From: Patescibacteria group bacterium
Lineage (GTDB): Bacteria; Patescibacteriota; Patescibacteriia; Buchananbacterales; UBA6539
Length of the DNA: 64,000 nucleotides
NCBI GenBank assembly: GCA_041662625.1
Contig: JBAZSB010000001.1
Span: 791,710 to 855,709 of the forward strand
Reading direction: 5' to 3'
Part shown: one piece after another, positions 26,645-38,473 of the stretch
Layout of the letters: the number at the start of each line of letters is the position of its first letter
How positions within the stretch are numbered: position 1 is the first letter of the stretch
Notes under the pieces: generated by a model
The model's database searches: none
Seen by the model: only the letters and a program-made list of their open reading frames with translations
Told to the model about the DNA's origin: nothing
Position numbers and translations under genes: made by a program

Positions 26645-27958
26645 ATGGACAAAAAGATATTTGCCATTCTAATCGCCTTAAGTTTTTTTGCTTTTATTAT
26701 CCCAAATCTTTCTCCGGCAATAAAAATCAGCGGCGACGGCATCGGGTATTACAGCTGGTTACACAGCGTTTTTTTTGATCAAGATATTAATTTTAGAAAC
26801 CAAGCAGAAAATTGCGCCGCGTGGGATAACAATTGCCGCACCATTATTGAAAGAAACCTGGTAACTCATAGCGGAAAAACGAATAATCCTTACGCTTTTG
26901 GCACTGCAATTATGTGGTTGCCAGCTTTTTTAATTGCTCATTTTCTATCTCTGATTTTAAGCCAAATAAATCCAGATTTCTTTCAGCCAGATGGCTATTC
27001 TTATCTTTATTTTTTAGCAATTTTCTTCGCCACTTGGCTTTTTAGTATTTTGGCTTTGCTTCTAAACTATAAAATTCTTAAAAAAGTTTTTAATGACAAA
27101 TCTAGTTTTGGTTTTTCCAGCTTAGCTTTAATAGCGGGCTGGCTGGCCACCCCTTGGATTTATTATCAAACCCTTTCTTTAAGTATGGCTCACATTCCTT
27201 CGCTGCTAGTGGTCAGCTATTTTTTGTATTTGCTTATCAAAATGTGGAAAAAAGAAAAAGTGAGCGGTTGGGTGTTGGCCATTATAATTTTTTTGATGAT
27301 TTCCATTCGCTGGCAAAATCTAATTTTTACCCTGATTTATTTACCATTATTAATTGAGCAAAAACGGGAAAAAACGCCCACAAATAATATTTTAAAAACT
27401 AGCCTTCTGTTTATTGTCCCCGTAGCAATTTTTTGGTTATTGCAATGCTTGATCTGGAAATATATTTATGGCAGTTTATTCTTATTCACCTTTAATTGGT
27501 ACTTTGCAGAAATAAAACCTTTTGGTTTTTTGCATATCCTTTTTTCTTCCGATCGCGGTTTATTTCTCTGGTCACCCATTCTAATACTGGCCATTCTCGG
27601 CTGGTATTGGCTTTATAAAAAAATACCATTTTTAGGCATGGCTGTAGCTTTGGCTTTTGTTGGTCAATGGCTGGTCAACGGTTCACTGGCTGATTTGGGC
27701 GGCGGCTGGGCCTTTGGGTCAAGACGATTTATTGAAACCCTCCCCTTCTTAATTTTAAGCTTAGCTGCTTTATTTCAAAAATTCCAGAAAAAAATCAAAA
27801 TTTTTTATGTTATTGTAATCATCGCCATAATTTGGAATTTTATTTTGATCGGAAATTACCAGATTGGTGTAATTCCACCCGGCGGTGAATTTAACTTTTT
27901 TGGGACTGATTATTTCAGCCAAATTGGGCCGGGGATTACCAAAAGGTTAGGCTGGTAA
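26645..27958 (+). CDS. polytopic membrane protein (possible GT-C-type glycosyltransferase), function unknown
   Basis: About 10 predicted TM helices; ATG 26645 preferred over TTG 26636. Confidence 0.45.
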   Translation: MDKKIFAILIALSFFAFIIPNLSPAIKISGDGIGYYSWLHSVFFDQDINFRNQAENCAAWDNNCRTIIERNLVTHSGKTNNPYAFGTAIMWLPAFLIAHFLSLILSQINPDFFQPDGYSYLYFLAIFFATWLFSILALLLNYKILKKVFNDKSSFGFSSLALIAGWLATPWIYYQTLSLSMAHIPSLLVVSYFLYLLIKMWKKEKVSGWVLAIIIFLMISIRWQNLIFTLIYLPLLIEQKREKTPTNNILKTSLLFIVPVAIFWLLQCLIWKYIYGSLFLFTFNWYFAEIKPFGFLHILFSSDRGLFLWSPILILAILGWYWLYKKIPFLGMAVALAFVGQWLVNGSLADLGGGWAFGSRRFIETLPFLILSLAALFQKFQKKIKIFYVIVIIAIIWNFILIGNYQIGVIPPGGEFNFFGTDYFSQIGPGITKRLGW

Positions 27959-28043
27959 ACTGGATCCGCGGACAAAATATTAGAGGATTTTCTAAAAAAT
28001 CCAATAAATAAGGGGTATTAGGCCCTATTTTTTTTGTTGACCC

Positions 28044-28071
28044 TTGACAAAATGGAAATAATCTGTATACT
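28044..28071 (+). promoter_or_regulatory. sigma70-like promoter TTGACA-16-TATACT for GC-rich permease gene
   Basis: Near-consensus hexamers read directly; followed by RBS AAGGAGGAG and ATG 28142. Confidence 0.55.
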
Positions 28072-28141
28072 TGCTCCATTATCATGGAAAACCATGATAA
28101 AAACTGGTTGCGTGAACGCAGGAACAAGGAGGAGAAACAGC

Positions 28142-29602
28142 ATGTTGAAAAAATCCGTTCTGGTCGTAGTAGTCGTAGTTTTGTTCCTTACAATACCCGT
28201 CACAAGTTTTGCCAGTGACGAAAATGAAGGCCCAAGTCCCTATTGGTTAATCCCGTTCGCGACAGTGCTTCTGTCCATCGCGGTGATACAATTCATCACC
28301 AAACGTCGGTGGGACATGAATGTAGCGGTCGGTCTAGGTCTGCTAGTCATCGGCTACTACATGTCAGAAAACCCACAAAGGATGACCGAGACAGGTTTGG
28401 AGTATTTCAGTTTCCTTTCCTTGATCGGCTCGCTGTTTGTGGTTTCCGGCGGAATTTATATCAATGTTCCATCGGGCAGGGCGACACCTCTGACTAACGT
28501 CGGACTTTTGGCAATAGGTGCAGTGGTGGCGAATATTGTTGGTACAACCGGTGCCAGTATGATGTTGATCCGGCCATACCTTCAGCTCAACAAAGGCCGG
28601 GTCAGACCTTACCACATTGCATTTTTTATCTTTGTGGTAAGCAATATCGGCGGTGCCGTAACACCAGTTGGCGATCCGCCACTGCTGATGGGCTATCTCC
28701 AGGGAATCCCATTTTTCTGGATCAGCGGCCGGGTACTCCCCATCTGGTTCATGACTGTAGGTATCGTGTTAGTGGAGTTCTTCATCATCGACCTGCTCCA
28801 CTTCCAGAAATTGCCCAAGGGACAAGAGGCGATAACAAAAGCCGAAGCAGAACCAGGGCAGAAAACCGGAGGATTGCTGAATGTTATCTTCATCTGTGTT
28901 ATCCTCGGAGCGGTTTTCTGGACTACTCCCTGGCGGGAAGTGGTAATGATTGGTAGCGCTGCGGGCTCGTGGGTCTACACTCGTCTGATGGAACCTTGGA
29001 TCCACCAGAACAACAAGTTCAGCTTTGCACCAATCACCGAAGTGGCGATTCTCTTCTTTGGAATTTTCGCCACGATGGTTCCAGCCCTGGAATGGCTAGA
29101 AACGAATGCCGCAAGCCTGGGAATTCAAACGGCCGGCCAATTCTTCTGGGCAACCGGATCGCTGTCGGCAGTGCTGGACAATACGCCGACGTACCTGAAT
29201 TTCCTATATACTGCGATGGGATTACTGGTGAATCCAGAAACCATTGCTCAGGTGCAAGCTGTCTTGAATAACCCCGAGCTGCTCTTGGCAAGTAGTCAGA
29301 ATGTCCAGACGTTGGTTGCGGGGATCAATCAGTACTTCCCCGGGCAGGTACTTTCTGCCGACCAGATGCAGGTTGCTTACTTGATGATTTTGTGGCCAAA
29401 GTTCTTGGTCGCAATCTCAATCGGGGCCGTGTTCTGTGGTGCCATTACCTACATTGGTAATGGCCCGAATCTGATGATCTGGGCCTTCGTGAAGGAACAT
29501 GAATTACCGTGTCCGAGCTTCTTCGGGTACATATTCAAGTATTCCCTGCTGTACCTAATTCCAGTCTTCGTCCTGGTATGGCTGGTCATGTTCGTCCTTT
29601 AG
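28142..29602 (+). CDS. ion-transporter-superfamily permease (ArsB/NhaD-like), GC-rich
   Basis: Signal peptide + about 12 TM helices; 'GGAVTPVGDPPLLMGY' motif shared with ArsB/NhaD-family 'GG..T..GDPPN'; ATG 28142 preferred over upstream start. Confidence 0.6.
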   Translation: MLKKSVLVVVVVVLFLTIPVTSFASDENEGPSPYWLIPFATVLLSIAVIQFITKRRWDMNVAVGLGLLVIGYYMSENPQRMTETGLEYFSFLSLIGSLFVVSGGIYINVPSGRATPLTNVGLLAIGAVVANIVGTTGASMMLIRPYLQLNKGRVRPYHIAFFIFVVSNIGGAVTPVGDPPLLMGYLQGIPFFWISGRVLPIWFMTVGIVLVEFFIIDLLHFQKLPKGQEAITKAEAEPGQKTGGLLNVIFICVILGAVFWTTPWREVVMIGSAAGSWVYTRLMEPWIHQNNKFSFAPITEVAILFFGIFATMVPALEWLETNAASLGIQTAGQFFWATGSLSAVLDNTPTYLNFLYTAMGLLVNPETIAQVQAVLNNPELLLASSQNVQTLVAGINQYFPGQVLSADQMQVAYLMILWPKFLVAISIGAVFCGAITYIGNGPNLMIWAFVKEHELPCPSFFGYIFKYSLLYLIPVFVLVWLVMFVL

Positions 29603-29793
29603 TAGTCTCCTAGTAGTCTCCCTGTAAGACAATGCTATGCCCCGATATCAAGGAAGATATCTGGGCTTTTATTATAATATTTAATGATTTTTTATTGATT
29701 TTGTGGTATAATTAAGACTAGATAAATTAATTTTTGTCATTTTTAGCCAAAATTTCACGGGCAAAATTGTTACCGATATTTTATAAAAAACCC

Positions 29794-29821
29794 TTGACTA
29801 TTTCACTAAAACTAGTATAAT
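29794..29821 (+). promoter_or_regulatory. sigma70 promoter TTGACT-16-TATAAT for the ATP synthase operon
   Basis: Consensus hexamers; about 140-nt structured leader precedes atpZ-like gene. Confidence 0.6.
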
Positions 29822-29963
29822 TGTCACATCAAAATTATGAACCCGGTAGTGATCCCGCCCTTTAATCTAAATATACGAATTATTACTAGGATTAAATAAA
29901 AAAAATAATTAATATGATTTTCTCGCCGATTGTCAAGGAAAAAGAGCGGGACTACTACCGGGT

Positions 29964-30278
29964 ATGAGTGGGACGCAAAAGCAAGACCAAGCCCAGCAAA
30001 ATCCCAGTAAAACCCAGCAAAACAAGTGGCAGCAGACCGGCTTAAAACTGGCATTTGAACTCTCCGGCTGGTTGGTTGGACCATTGGTCTTAGCGCTATT
30101 TGTTGGTAACTGGTTAGACAATAAATACCAAACAAAGCCCTGGCTATTTTTATTATCAGTGGGTATTGCCTTTGCCATTACCTGCATCGGCATTGTTAAG
30201 GAAACCATGCAATATATCAAAGATATTGAAAAGGAAGCTGAACAAAAAAAATCTCAACAAAATCAGGAATTAAAATAA
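29964..30278 (+). CDS. AtpZ/AtpI-like small membrane protein of F-ATPase operons
   Basis: 'LAFELSGWLVGPLVLALFVGNWLDNKYQTKPWLFLLSVGIAFAI' resembles AtpZ family; first gene of atp operon. Confidence 0.6.
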   Translation: MSGTQKQDQAQQNPSKTQQNKWQQTGLKLAFELSGWLVGPLVLALFVGNWLDNKYQTKPWLFLLSVGIAFAITCIGIVKETMQYIKDIEKEAEQKKSQQNQELK

Positions 30279-30283
30279 AGATA

Positions 30284-31171
30284 ATGACTAACGAAATAAA
30301 CCAAATCAACGAACAACCGATTACCCAAACTCAGGAGATAAAAACCGAGTCAACACTTTTTGCTGAGCCAATTTACAAAGTTAATGGCTTTACTATTACC
30401 AATTCGCTTTTAACTTCCTGGCTGGCCGTTGCCGTCATTATTTTGTTTTCTTTAGTTATCCGCAAAAAAATCGCCACTGTCCCCAAAGGGATAATGAACT
30501 ATGTTGAGATAATTTTGGATGAAGCTTTAAAAATGGCGGATTCAGTTACCGGCTCACGCCAAAAGACCTTGAAATTCATGCCCATTGTCTTTCCACTTTT
30601 CATTTTTATTTTACTGAACAACTGGTTTGGGCTTTTGCCCGGTGTGGGCTCAATCGGCTTTGTCCAGCATCACGGTGCTGAAGCAATCTTTATCCCCTTT
30701 TTACGCGGTGGTACGGCTGATTTAAACACCACTTTGGCTTTGGCAATTATGGCAATTGTTTTAACCCATATTTTTGGCGTGGTTTTAGTCAGCGGCTGGT
30801 CGCATTTAAATCGTTTTATCGGCCTCAATTTATTTTTAGAAATTCCCAAAAAAATCATCAAAGAAAAAGATTACAATGTTTTGTTTGTCAACCCAATTAA
30901 ATTTTTTGTCGGCTTAATTGAAATTATCGGTGAATTTGCCAAAGTCGCTTCACTTTCTTTCCGGTTATTCGGCAATATCTTTGCTGGCGAAGTGTTGCTT
31001 GGCGCCATGGCGGCGATTTTCGCTTTTGTTCTGCCAATTCCGTTTATCTTTTTAGAAATTATCGTCGGCATTATTCAGGCTTTAATTTTTGCGATGCTAA
31101 CCTTGGTATTTTTGACAATTATGACAACCAGCCATGATGGGGAAGAGGGACATGCGGAAGCAAGACATTAA
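30284..31171 (+). CDS. atpB: F0F1 ATP synthase subunit a
   Basis: 'LSFRLFGNIFAGEVLL' signature with essential Arg. Confidence 0.95.
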   Translation: MTNEINQINEQPITQTQEIKTESTLFAEPIYKVNGFTITNSLLTSWLAVAVIILFSLVIRKKIATVPKGIMNYVEIILDEALKMADSVTGSRQKTLKFMPIVFPLFIFILLNNWFGLLPGVGSIGFVQHHGAEAIFIPFLRGGTADLNTTLALAIMAIVLTHIFGVVLVSGWSHLNRFIGLNLFLEIPKKIIKEKDYNVLFVNPIKFFVGLIEIIGEFAKVASLSFRLFGNIFAGEVLLGAMAAIFAFVLPIPFIFLEIIVGIIQALIFAMLTLVFLTIMTTSHDGEEGHAEARH

Positions 31172-31362
31172 AATTAATTTCAAAATCATAATTTCAAATG
31201 TCAAATCAAATCCAAAGCTCAAATATCAAATTTCATTTGGATTTTAGATTTTGAACTTGATTTGTAATTTGGATTTTGACATTTGGATTTAATTAATAAT
31301 ATTAATAATTAATTTATTAGTAGGTATGCCAAAAAAGCTTTGACAACCTACTTGAGAGGTAA

Positions 31363-31584
<222 letters not shown>

Positions 31585-31682
31585 AACCGCCAAGGTAAAA
31601 TTGATTAATGCCAATTATTTCCGCATTTTTCGCGTTTAATTCCGCGTCATTCCGCGTTTAATTAACTAAGATCAGTTATTTT

Positions 31683-32177
31683 ATGGGTGAAATTATAAAC
31701 ACCTTTCACATTGATTACAAAATCATTATTGCCCAGTTAATTAACTTTGGCATTGTGGTTTTTGTTTTATGGTTTTTTGCCTTAAAGCCGCTAGCCAAAA
31801 AAATGAGTGAAAGAAGCGACAAGATCGAAAAAAGCCTGAATGACGCCAAAGTGATTGAAGAAAAACTCCAGCATGTCAGTGCCGAAGAAAAACGGCAAAT
31901 GATTGAGGCAAAAAAGGAGGCGGAAAAGATTTTAGCTTCTGCTCAACAATTGGCAGATAAGCAAAAACAGGAAACTGTTGACAAAGCTAAAGTGGAAGTG
32001 GCCAAAATCGTTGAAGCGTCAAAAAAACAAATTGCCCAGCAAAAACAGGAAATGGTCGCTGACGTTAAAAAAGAAGTGAGTGAACTGGTCATTTTGACTA
32101 CTGAAAAAATCATTGGCGAAAAACTGAACCAAGCCAAAGATCAAAAAATTATTGAGGATGTTATTAAAAAAGTTTAA
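31683..32177 (+). CDS. atpF: F0F1 ATP synthase subunit b
   Basis: N-terminal TM helix then long charged coiled coil; operon position. Confidence 0.85.
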   Translation: MGEIINTFHIDYKIIIAQLINFGIVVFVLWFFALKPLAKKMSERSDKIEKSLNDAKVIEEKLQHVSAEEKRQMIEAKKEAEKILASAQQLADKQKQETVDKAKVEVAKIVEASKKQIAQQKQEMVADVKKEVSELVILTTEKIIGEKLNQAKDQKIIEDVIKKV

Positions 32178-32274
32178 TATAATGCGAATCTACGAATGAT
32201 ATACTAATGATACAAATGGCTAATTCGTAGCATTCGCAATATTCGCATCAATTCGCATTCATTAGTATTATATT

Positions 32275-32676
32275 ATGAAGATTTCCGCTAAAAAATATGC
32301 CATCAGCTTGTTTGAGGCTGTGCAAGACTTAGACCACAAGCAGGCTGACAAAGTAATTAAAAAATTTGTTTTGGTTTTAGCAAAAAACCAAGCTTTGTCT
32401 TTGGCGCCAAAAATTATTGAAGAATTTGAAAACTATTCGCGCCAAAAGCAAGGCATCCAAAAAGTGGAAATTAAAACAGCCCGACCGCTTAGTAAATCAG
32501 ATGAAAAAGAAATTACTAGCCAGCTGAAAAAACGACTTGGTAAGGAAATCCAGGCAGAAAAAATCGTGGACGAAAGCCTGATCGGAGGAATGATTATCAA
32601 AATTGGTGACAATTTAATCGACGGCAGTATAAAAATGCAATTAATAAATTTAAAAAATAATTTGATCAATAACTAA
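32275..32676 (+). CDS. atpH: F0F1 ATP synthase subunit delta (short form)
   Basis: C-terminal '[20 protein letters not shown]' OSCP signature; operon position; only 133 aa. Confidence 0.7.
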   Translation: MKISAKKYAISLFEAVQDLDHKQADKVIKKFVLVLAKNQALSLAPKIIEEFENYSRQKQGIQKVEIKTARPLSKSDEKEITSQLKKRLGKEIQAEKIVDESLIGGMIIKIGDNLIDGSIKMQLINLKNNLINN

Positions 32677-32677
32677 T

Positions 32678-34186
32678 ATGGCAGATCAGAACAAAGATTA
32701 CATAATTTCGAGTCTGAAAAAACAAATCAGTGATTATCAGACCGAGGTTAAAACTGAAAAAACCGGCACTGTCGTGGAAGTCGGCGACGGCATTGCCAAA
32801 ATTTCCGGACTTTCTGAAGCGATGTCTTCGGAAATGCTTGACTTCGGCAATGATATTTTTGGCGTAGCTCTAAACTTGGATGAGGATTTCGTCGGCGCCA
32901 TTATTTTGGGTAACTACGGTAAAATTAAACAAGGCGACACGGTTAAATCAACTGGCCGAATTCTGGAAGTACCAGTTGGTCCGGCGGTAGTTGGTCGCGC
33001 GGTAAATCCACTTGGCCAGCCGATTGACGGCAAGGGCACAATCAAAAGTGAAAAATTCTATCCGGTGGAAAAAATTGCTCCCCGCGTCATTACCCGCCAA
33101 GGCGTTAATACGCCGCTACAAACCGGCATTAAATCAATTGACGCGATGTTTCCCATCGGCCGTGGGCAACGCGAATTAATCATTGGCGACCGGCAAACCG
33201 GCAAAACCGCTTTAGCCATTGACGCCATTATCAACCAAAAAGGCCAGAATGTTACCTGCATTTACATCAGTATCGGCCAAAAAGAAGCTAAAGTCGCCAG
33301 AATTATTGCGGAACTGGAAGCACGCGGCGCCATGGAATACACCACCATTGTTGCAGCTAATGCTTCGGATCCGGCGGCTTTGCTTTACTTAGCGCCGTTT
33401 GCCGGCTGTGCCATGGGCGAGTTCTTTATGGACCAAGGTAAAGACGCTTTGGTAATTTATGATGACTTATCCAAACAAGCCGCCGCTTACCGCCAGATTT
33501 CTTTGCTTTTAAAACGCCCGCCTGGCCGTGAAGCTTATCCCGGCGATGTCTTTTATCTTCATTCCCGGCTTTTGGAACGCGCTGCCCGGCTTAATGCCGA
33601 TTATGGCGGCGGGTCACTGACCGCTTTGCCAATTATTGAAACGCAAGCCGGTGATATTGCCGCTTATATTCCCACTAATGTTATTTCCATTACTGACGGC
33701 CAGATTTTTTTGGAAAGCGATTTGTTCTACCAAGGCATCCGGCCGGCCATTAACACCGGGCTATCTGTTTCCCGCGTCGGCTCGGCTGCTCAGATTAAAG
33801 CGATGAAACAGGTCGCCGGCAAGATGAAACTGGAAATGGCCCAGTACCGCGAATTGGCCGCTTTTGCCCAATTCGGTTCGGATTTGGATGAAGCCACCAA
33901 AAAACAGATTAACTTAGGCGCGCGGCTGACTGAAGTTTTAAAGCAGCCGCAATATGAACCCGTACCCGTTCAATATCAGGTTTTGATAATTTATGCAGTC
34001 ATTAACGGCTTCTTGGATGATATCGCTGTTGAAAAAGTCCGGGATTTTGAAACCGGCTTAGTTAAATACACCGGCGCGCACGCTAAAGCGGTAATGGAAA
34101 AAATTGTTAAAGAAAAGCAGTTAACCCCGGAAATTGAAGAACAAATTAAAAAATTAATAACGGACTACAAGCAAACTATTGCTTAG
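32678..34186 (+). CDS. atpA: F0F1 ATP synthase subunit alpha
   Basis: Walker A 'GDRQTGKT', conserved alpha-subunit sequence throughout. Confidence 0.97.
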   Translation: MADQNKDYIISSLKKQISDYQTEVKTEKTGTVVEVGDGIAKISGLSEAMSSEMLDFGNDIFGVALNLDEDFVGAIILGNYGKIKQGDTVKSTGRILEVPVGPAVVGRAVNPLGQPIDGKGTIKSEKFYPVEKIAPRVITRQGVNTPLQTGIKSIDAMFPIGRGQRELIIGDRQTGKTALAIDAIINQKGQNVTCIYISIGQKEAKVARIIAELEARGAMEYTTIVAANASDPAALLYLAPFAGCAMGEFFMDQGKDALVIYDDLSKQAAAYRQISLLLKRPPGREAYPGDVFYLHSRLLERAARLNADYGGGSLTALPIIETQAGDIAAYIPTNVISITDGQIFLESDLFYQGIRPAINTGLSVSRVGSAAQIKAMKQVAGKMKLEMAQYRELAAFAQFGSDLDEATKKQINLGARLTEVLKQPQYEPVPVQYQVLIIYAVINGFLDDIAVEKVRDFETGLVKYTGAHAKAVMEKIVKEKQLTPEIEEQIKKLITDYKQTIA

Positions 34187-34224
34187 CCCCTACTACCTAC
34201 CTCCTACTTCCTACTTTCTAACCT

Positions 34225-35127
34225 ATGGCCGTTTCAAGCAAAATAATTAAAAAAAGAATCCGGTCGATTTCTAATACCAAAAAAATTACCCGGGCGATGG
34301 AAATGGTTTCCGCCGTCAAGATGAGAAAAGCGGTGATGGCGGTTTTAGCTTCGCGTGATTACGCCGCCACGGCCTGGAATTTAGTTTTAGGCTTAGCCGG
34401 AAAAACTACCGCCGAAGATCATCCGCTTTTGGCCAGCCGGAAAGAAATAAAAAAAATCGGCGTAGTTATCATTTCGGCCAACCGGGCGCTTTGCGGCGGT
34501 TTCAATGTCCAAATAACTGGTAAAGCCATACAATACGCCCAAAGCCAAAAAGCCGAAATTGAATGGATTGCTGTTGGCCGCAAAGGTGCAGAGTTTCTGG
34601 TCAGAAACGGCCAAAAAGTCGTGGCCGAATTTGAAAAACCGGATGTAGTTAGTGGCACTAAAGAAATTCTGCCGATTGCCAAAATGATCACTTCTGACTT
34701 TTTAGCCGGCACTTATGACAAAATTATTTTAGTTTATACTGATTTTCGTTCGGCCATGGTCCAAAAGCCAAAAATCCGCCAGCTTTTACCATTTGAGCCG
34801 ACACCTGATTCCGACTTAGGCAGTGTCGGCGAAACAGATAAACAAACTGCGCCAACTGATTTTGAAATTTTTGAATATTTATTTGAACCGAATAAAACTG
34901 AAATTTTAAATCAATTCTTGCCGCGGCTGATAGAAATTCAGCTTTATCAGGCTTTGCTTGAATCAGCTGCTTCCGAACATTCAGCCCGCATGCTGGCGAT
35001 GAAAAATGCCACCAGTGCTGCCGGCGATATGATTGACAGCCTAACGTTAGCCTTTAACCAAGCCAGACAAGCAGCGATTACCCGAGAGATTGCTGAAATT
35101 ACCGGCTCTAAAGCCGCTTTGGAATAA
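34225..35127 (+). CDS. atpG: F0F1 ATP synthase subunit gamma
   Basis: 'ITREIAEI' C-terminal helix, 'SNRALCGGFN' region. Confidence 0.95.
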   Translation: MAVSSKIIKKRIRSISNTKKITRAMEMVSAVKMRKAVMAVLASRDYAATAWNLVLGLAGKTTAEDHPLLASRKEIKKIGVVIISANRALCGGFNVQITGKAIQYAQSQKAEIEWIAVGRKGAEFLVRNGQKVVAEFEKPDVVSGTKEILPIAKMITSDFLAGTYDKIILVYTDFRSAMVQKPKIRQLLPFEPTPDSDLGSVGETDKQTAPTDFEIFEYLFEPNKTEILNQFLPRLIEIQLYQALLESAASEHSARMLAMKNATSAAGDMIDSLTLAFNQARQAAITREIAEITGSKAALE

Positions 35128-35148
35128 TTAATAAATATTATTTTATAA

Positions 35149-36522
<1,374 letters not shown>

Positions 36523-36597
36523 ACATTAAATATCTGATTCAGTAAATTAAGCATCTGAACTCGCTGAATTTACTGAACTCGCTGATCTCGCTATATT

Positions 36598-37041
36598 ATG
36601 CCTAAACTAAAGTTCAAAATTGTCACCCCGGAAAAAGTGGTTTTCGAGCAAGAAATCGACCAAGTGACTTTGCCGACCCAAACCGGCCAGATTACGGTTT
36701 TGCCAAATCACATACCTTTGCTCTCCGCTTTGCAGGCCGGCGAACTGGTGATTAAATCCGACGGCAAAGAAACTCCTTTGGCTATTGCTGGTGGCTTTGT
36801 TGAAGTCAAACCTGACAGTGAAATAGTTGTCCTAACGGAAAATGCCGAACATGCGCAAGAGATTGATATTGCCCGCGCCGAAGAAGCTAAAAAGCGCGCT
36901 GAAGATTTATTAAAAAATACTAAAGATAAAGAAGCGGTTGACTATACTGCCCTAACAGCCAAAATTGAAAGAGAACTGGCCCGGCTCAAAGTCGCCCGCA
37001 AGCATAAACCCAGCCATCAACCCACTATCAAAACCGACTAA
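36598..37041 (+). CDS. atpC: F0F1 ATP synthase subunit epsilon
   Basis: N-terminal beta-sandwich + C-terminal helices; operon position. Confidence 0.9.
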   Translation: MPKLKFKIVTPEKVVFEQEIDQVTLPTQTGQITVLPNHIPLLSALQAGELVIKSDGKETPLAIAGGFVEVKPDSEIVVLTENAEHAQEIDIARAEEAKKRAEDLLKNTKDKEAVDYTALTAKIERELARLKVARKHKPSHQPTIKTD

Positions 37042-37090
37042 AGCCTAACCTCCTAAATTCCTAACTTCCTAAATTCCTAATTTCTAGCTT

Positions 37091-37495
37091 ATGAGTCATA
37101 CCTGCCAAGCCATCGTTTTCCGCTGCATTGATTTCCGGATTCAATCCGGGGTCTTTGCTAAACTCCTGGCGGAAAACGGCATTTGCGCCGCTGACCAATT
37201 TGACTTGGTTTCCTTAGCTGGTGCAGCTAAAGTGTTTCTAACTGATAGCCGAGATTTACTATTGTCACAAATTGATATTTCCAGCCGGCTCCATGGCATC
37301 AAAAAAGTCGTGCTGGTGATGCACGACAATTGCGGCGCTTACGGCATTGCTGATCCGGCTGAAGAGGAAAAAATCCAAAGACAGGACTTAGCAGAAATCG
37401 CTGGTCTGATTGCGGCAAAGTTTTCCCAACTGACAGTAGAAAAATTCATTCTCCAAGGCACAGCCAGCGGTAACTTTTCACTCCTGAAAATCTAA
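37091..37495 (+). CDS. small protein with beta-carbonic-anhydrase-like Cys-x-Asp-x-Arg / His-x-x-Cys-Gly motifs
   Basis: 'FRCIDFRI' and 'VVLVMHDNCGAYG' match the two zinc-ligand motifs of beta-class CA, but only 134 aa. Confidence 0.4.
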   Translation: MSHTCQAIVFRCIDFRIQSGVFAKLLAENGICAADQFDLVSLAGAAKVFLTDSRDLLLSQIDISSRLHGIKKVVLVMHDNCGAYGIADPAEEEKIQRQDLAEIAGLIAAKFSQLTVEKFILQGTASGNFSLLKI

Positions 37496-37575
37496 ACCAG
37501 GCTGGTTTAGCTGGTTTCGACTTACTGCCAAACGGTAGGTCTTTTTTTATTAAAATTAAAAACAAAAGAAGCTAT

Positions 37576-38473
37576 TTACCAATTGCTCCTTCTGGTTCTG
37601 ATATCTAAATTATTTTTTGAAAAAGGGTGACGACGGACCAAGTCACTTCGCTTCGACTCCAAAGGAGTGAATTGAGGTGAACGGACTGGTCCGTCGTCGA
37701 TTGACTGGCTTCCGACCATCGGGAGATTTTCCTCTCCAGGTCGCTTCCGCAGGAAGCTACGTAACGATGAGCCCGAAAGCCTTCGCGTGTACGCCGGCGG
37801 CACCGAGACCCTGTACGCGTTTCTTCTGCGCGATGTCATGGCTGCCGGCCAACTTCTTCCGATTACGCGTCTCAACGATCTCAGCAAATGGTCCCATGGG
37901 TAACCTCCAATCTTTTGGGGGCTCGATGGCTCCCCACCTAGTTACGGACCTCCATGTTGGTCCGATTATTCGTATATTAACAAAAAATAATAAATTATAC
38001 AAGCCTTTTTGTTTGCCATGCCGGCCTACGAGCCGGCATCTGGGATTCTGCGACAAAACTCTGGATTCCGGATTCACATTTTAAGGCTATTATTGACAAA
38101 AAATGAGAGTTGAACTATATTGGAAAAGTGCCGCTTGGGCCGCTATAAAAAGGCCCATAGCGACCAGTGTCGCCGCGGTCAAAGCGGACAACGGCGACGT
38201 TGATCGGTCCGGACCAGGCGTGGTCCGAGGCCACAGAAGTGGAAACGAAAAGGCGACAACCTCTATAGGAGAAAAAGGTTCGGGGAATTTAAGGGTCTGA
38301 CCAGCCTCTGGCAAATCAGGTGGAATTCCTGAACAGCTAGTAGAGCAAACGTGCTCTTGCCATATTCCCCTTGCTTACTTAAAATTAGGATGAAATACTA
38401 GAGTTTAATGCCAAGGGTAAAACTAAGGCATTTTTTTATAAAAAAATATATGGCCCACAGGCCATATATTTTT
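37576..38473 (+). other. GC-rich non-coding island (about 0.85 kb) with sigma70-like promoters (TTACCA-17-TGATAT at 37576-37604; TTGACA-17-TATATT at 38094-38122) and two tandem terminators (38407-38437, 38446-38473); candidate structured ncRNA(s) or decayed acquired gene
   Basis: No ORF >135 aa on either strand despite high GC; long-range complementary segments GACGACGGACCA (37630-37641) / TGGTCCGTCGTC (37687-37698); hairpins GCTTCC-GCA-GGAAGC, ATGCCGGC-CTACGA-GCCGGCAT; I could not match tmRNA, RNase P or SRP consensus. Confidence 0.3.

Noticed and set aside
27995-28030. Hairpin GGATTTT-CTAA-AAAATCC and T8 run after the polytopic membrane protein gene
   Set aside because: Probably a terminator, but the stems are short and weak. 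It is not annotated as a separate feature.
37900-37960. GGGGGCTCGATGGCTCCCC segment looked like a tmRNA 5' end, and CAGGTGGAATTCCTGAACAGC like SRP domain IV
   Set aside because: No downstream tag-peptide frame, T-arm/ACCA end or SRP GGAA-AGCAG loops could be aligned. Similarity is too short to call.
37576-38314. Five ORFs (62-135 aa) in the GC-rich non-coding island
   Set aside because: They overlap one another on both strands and have no RBS. They lack the GC3-rich codon usage seen in the islands' real genes. The region is better explained as ncRNA or a pseudogene.
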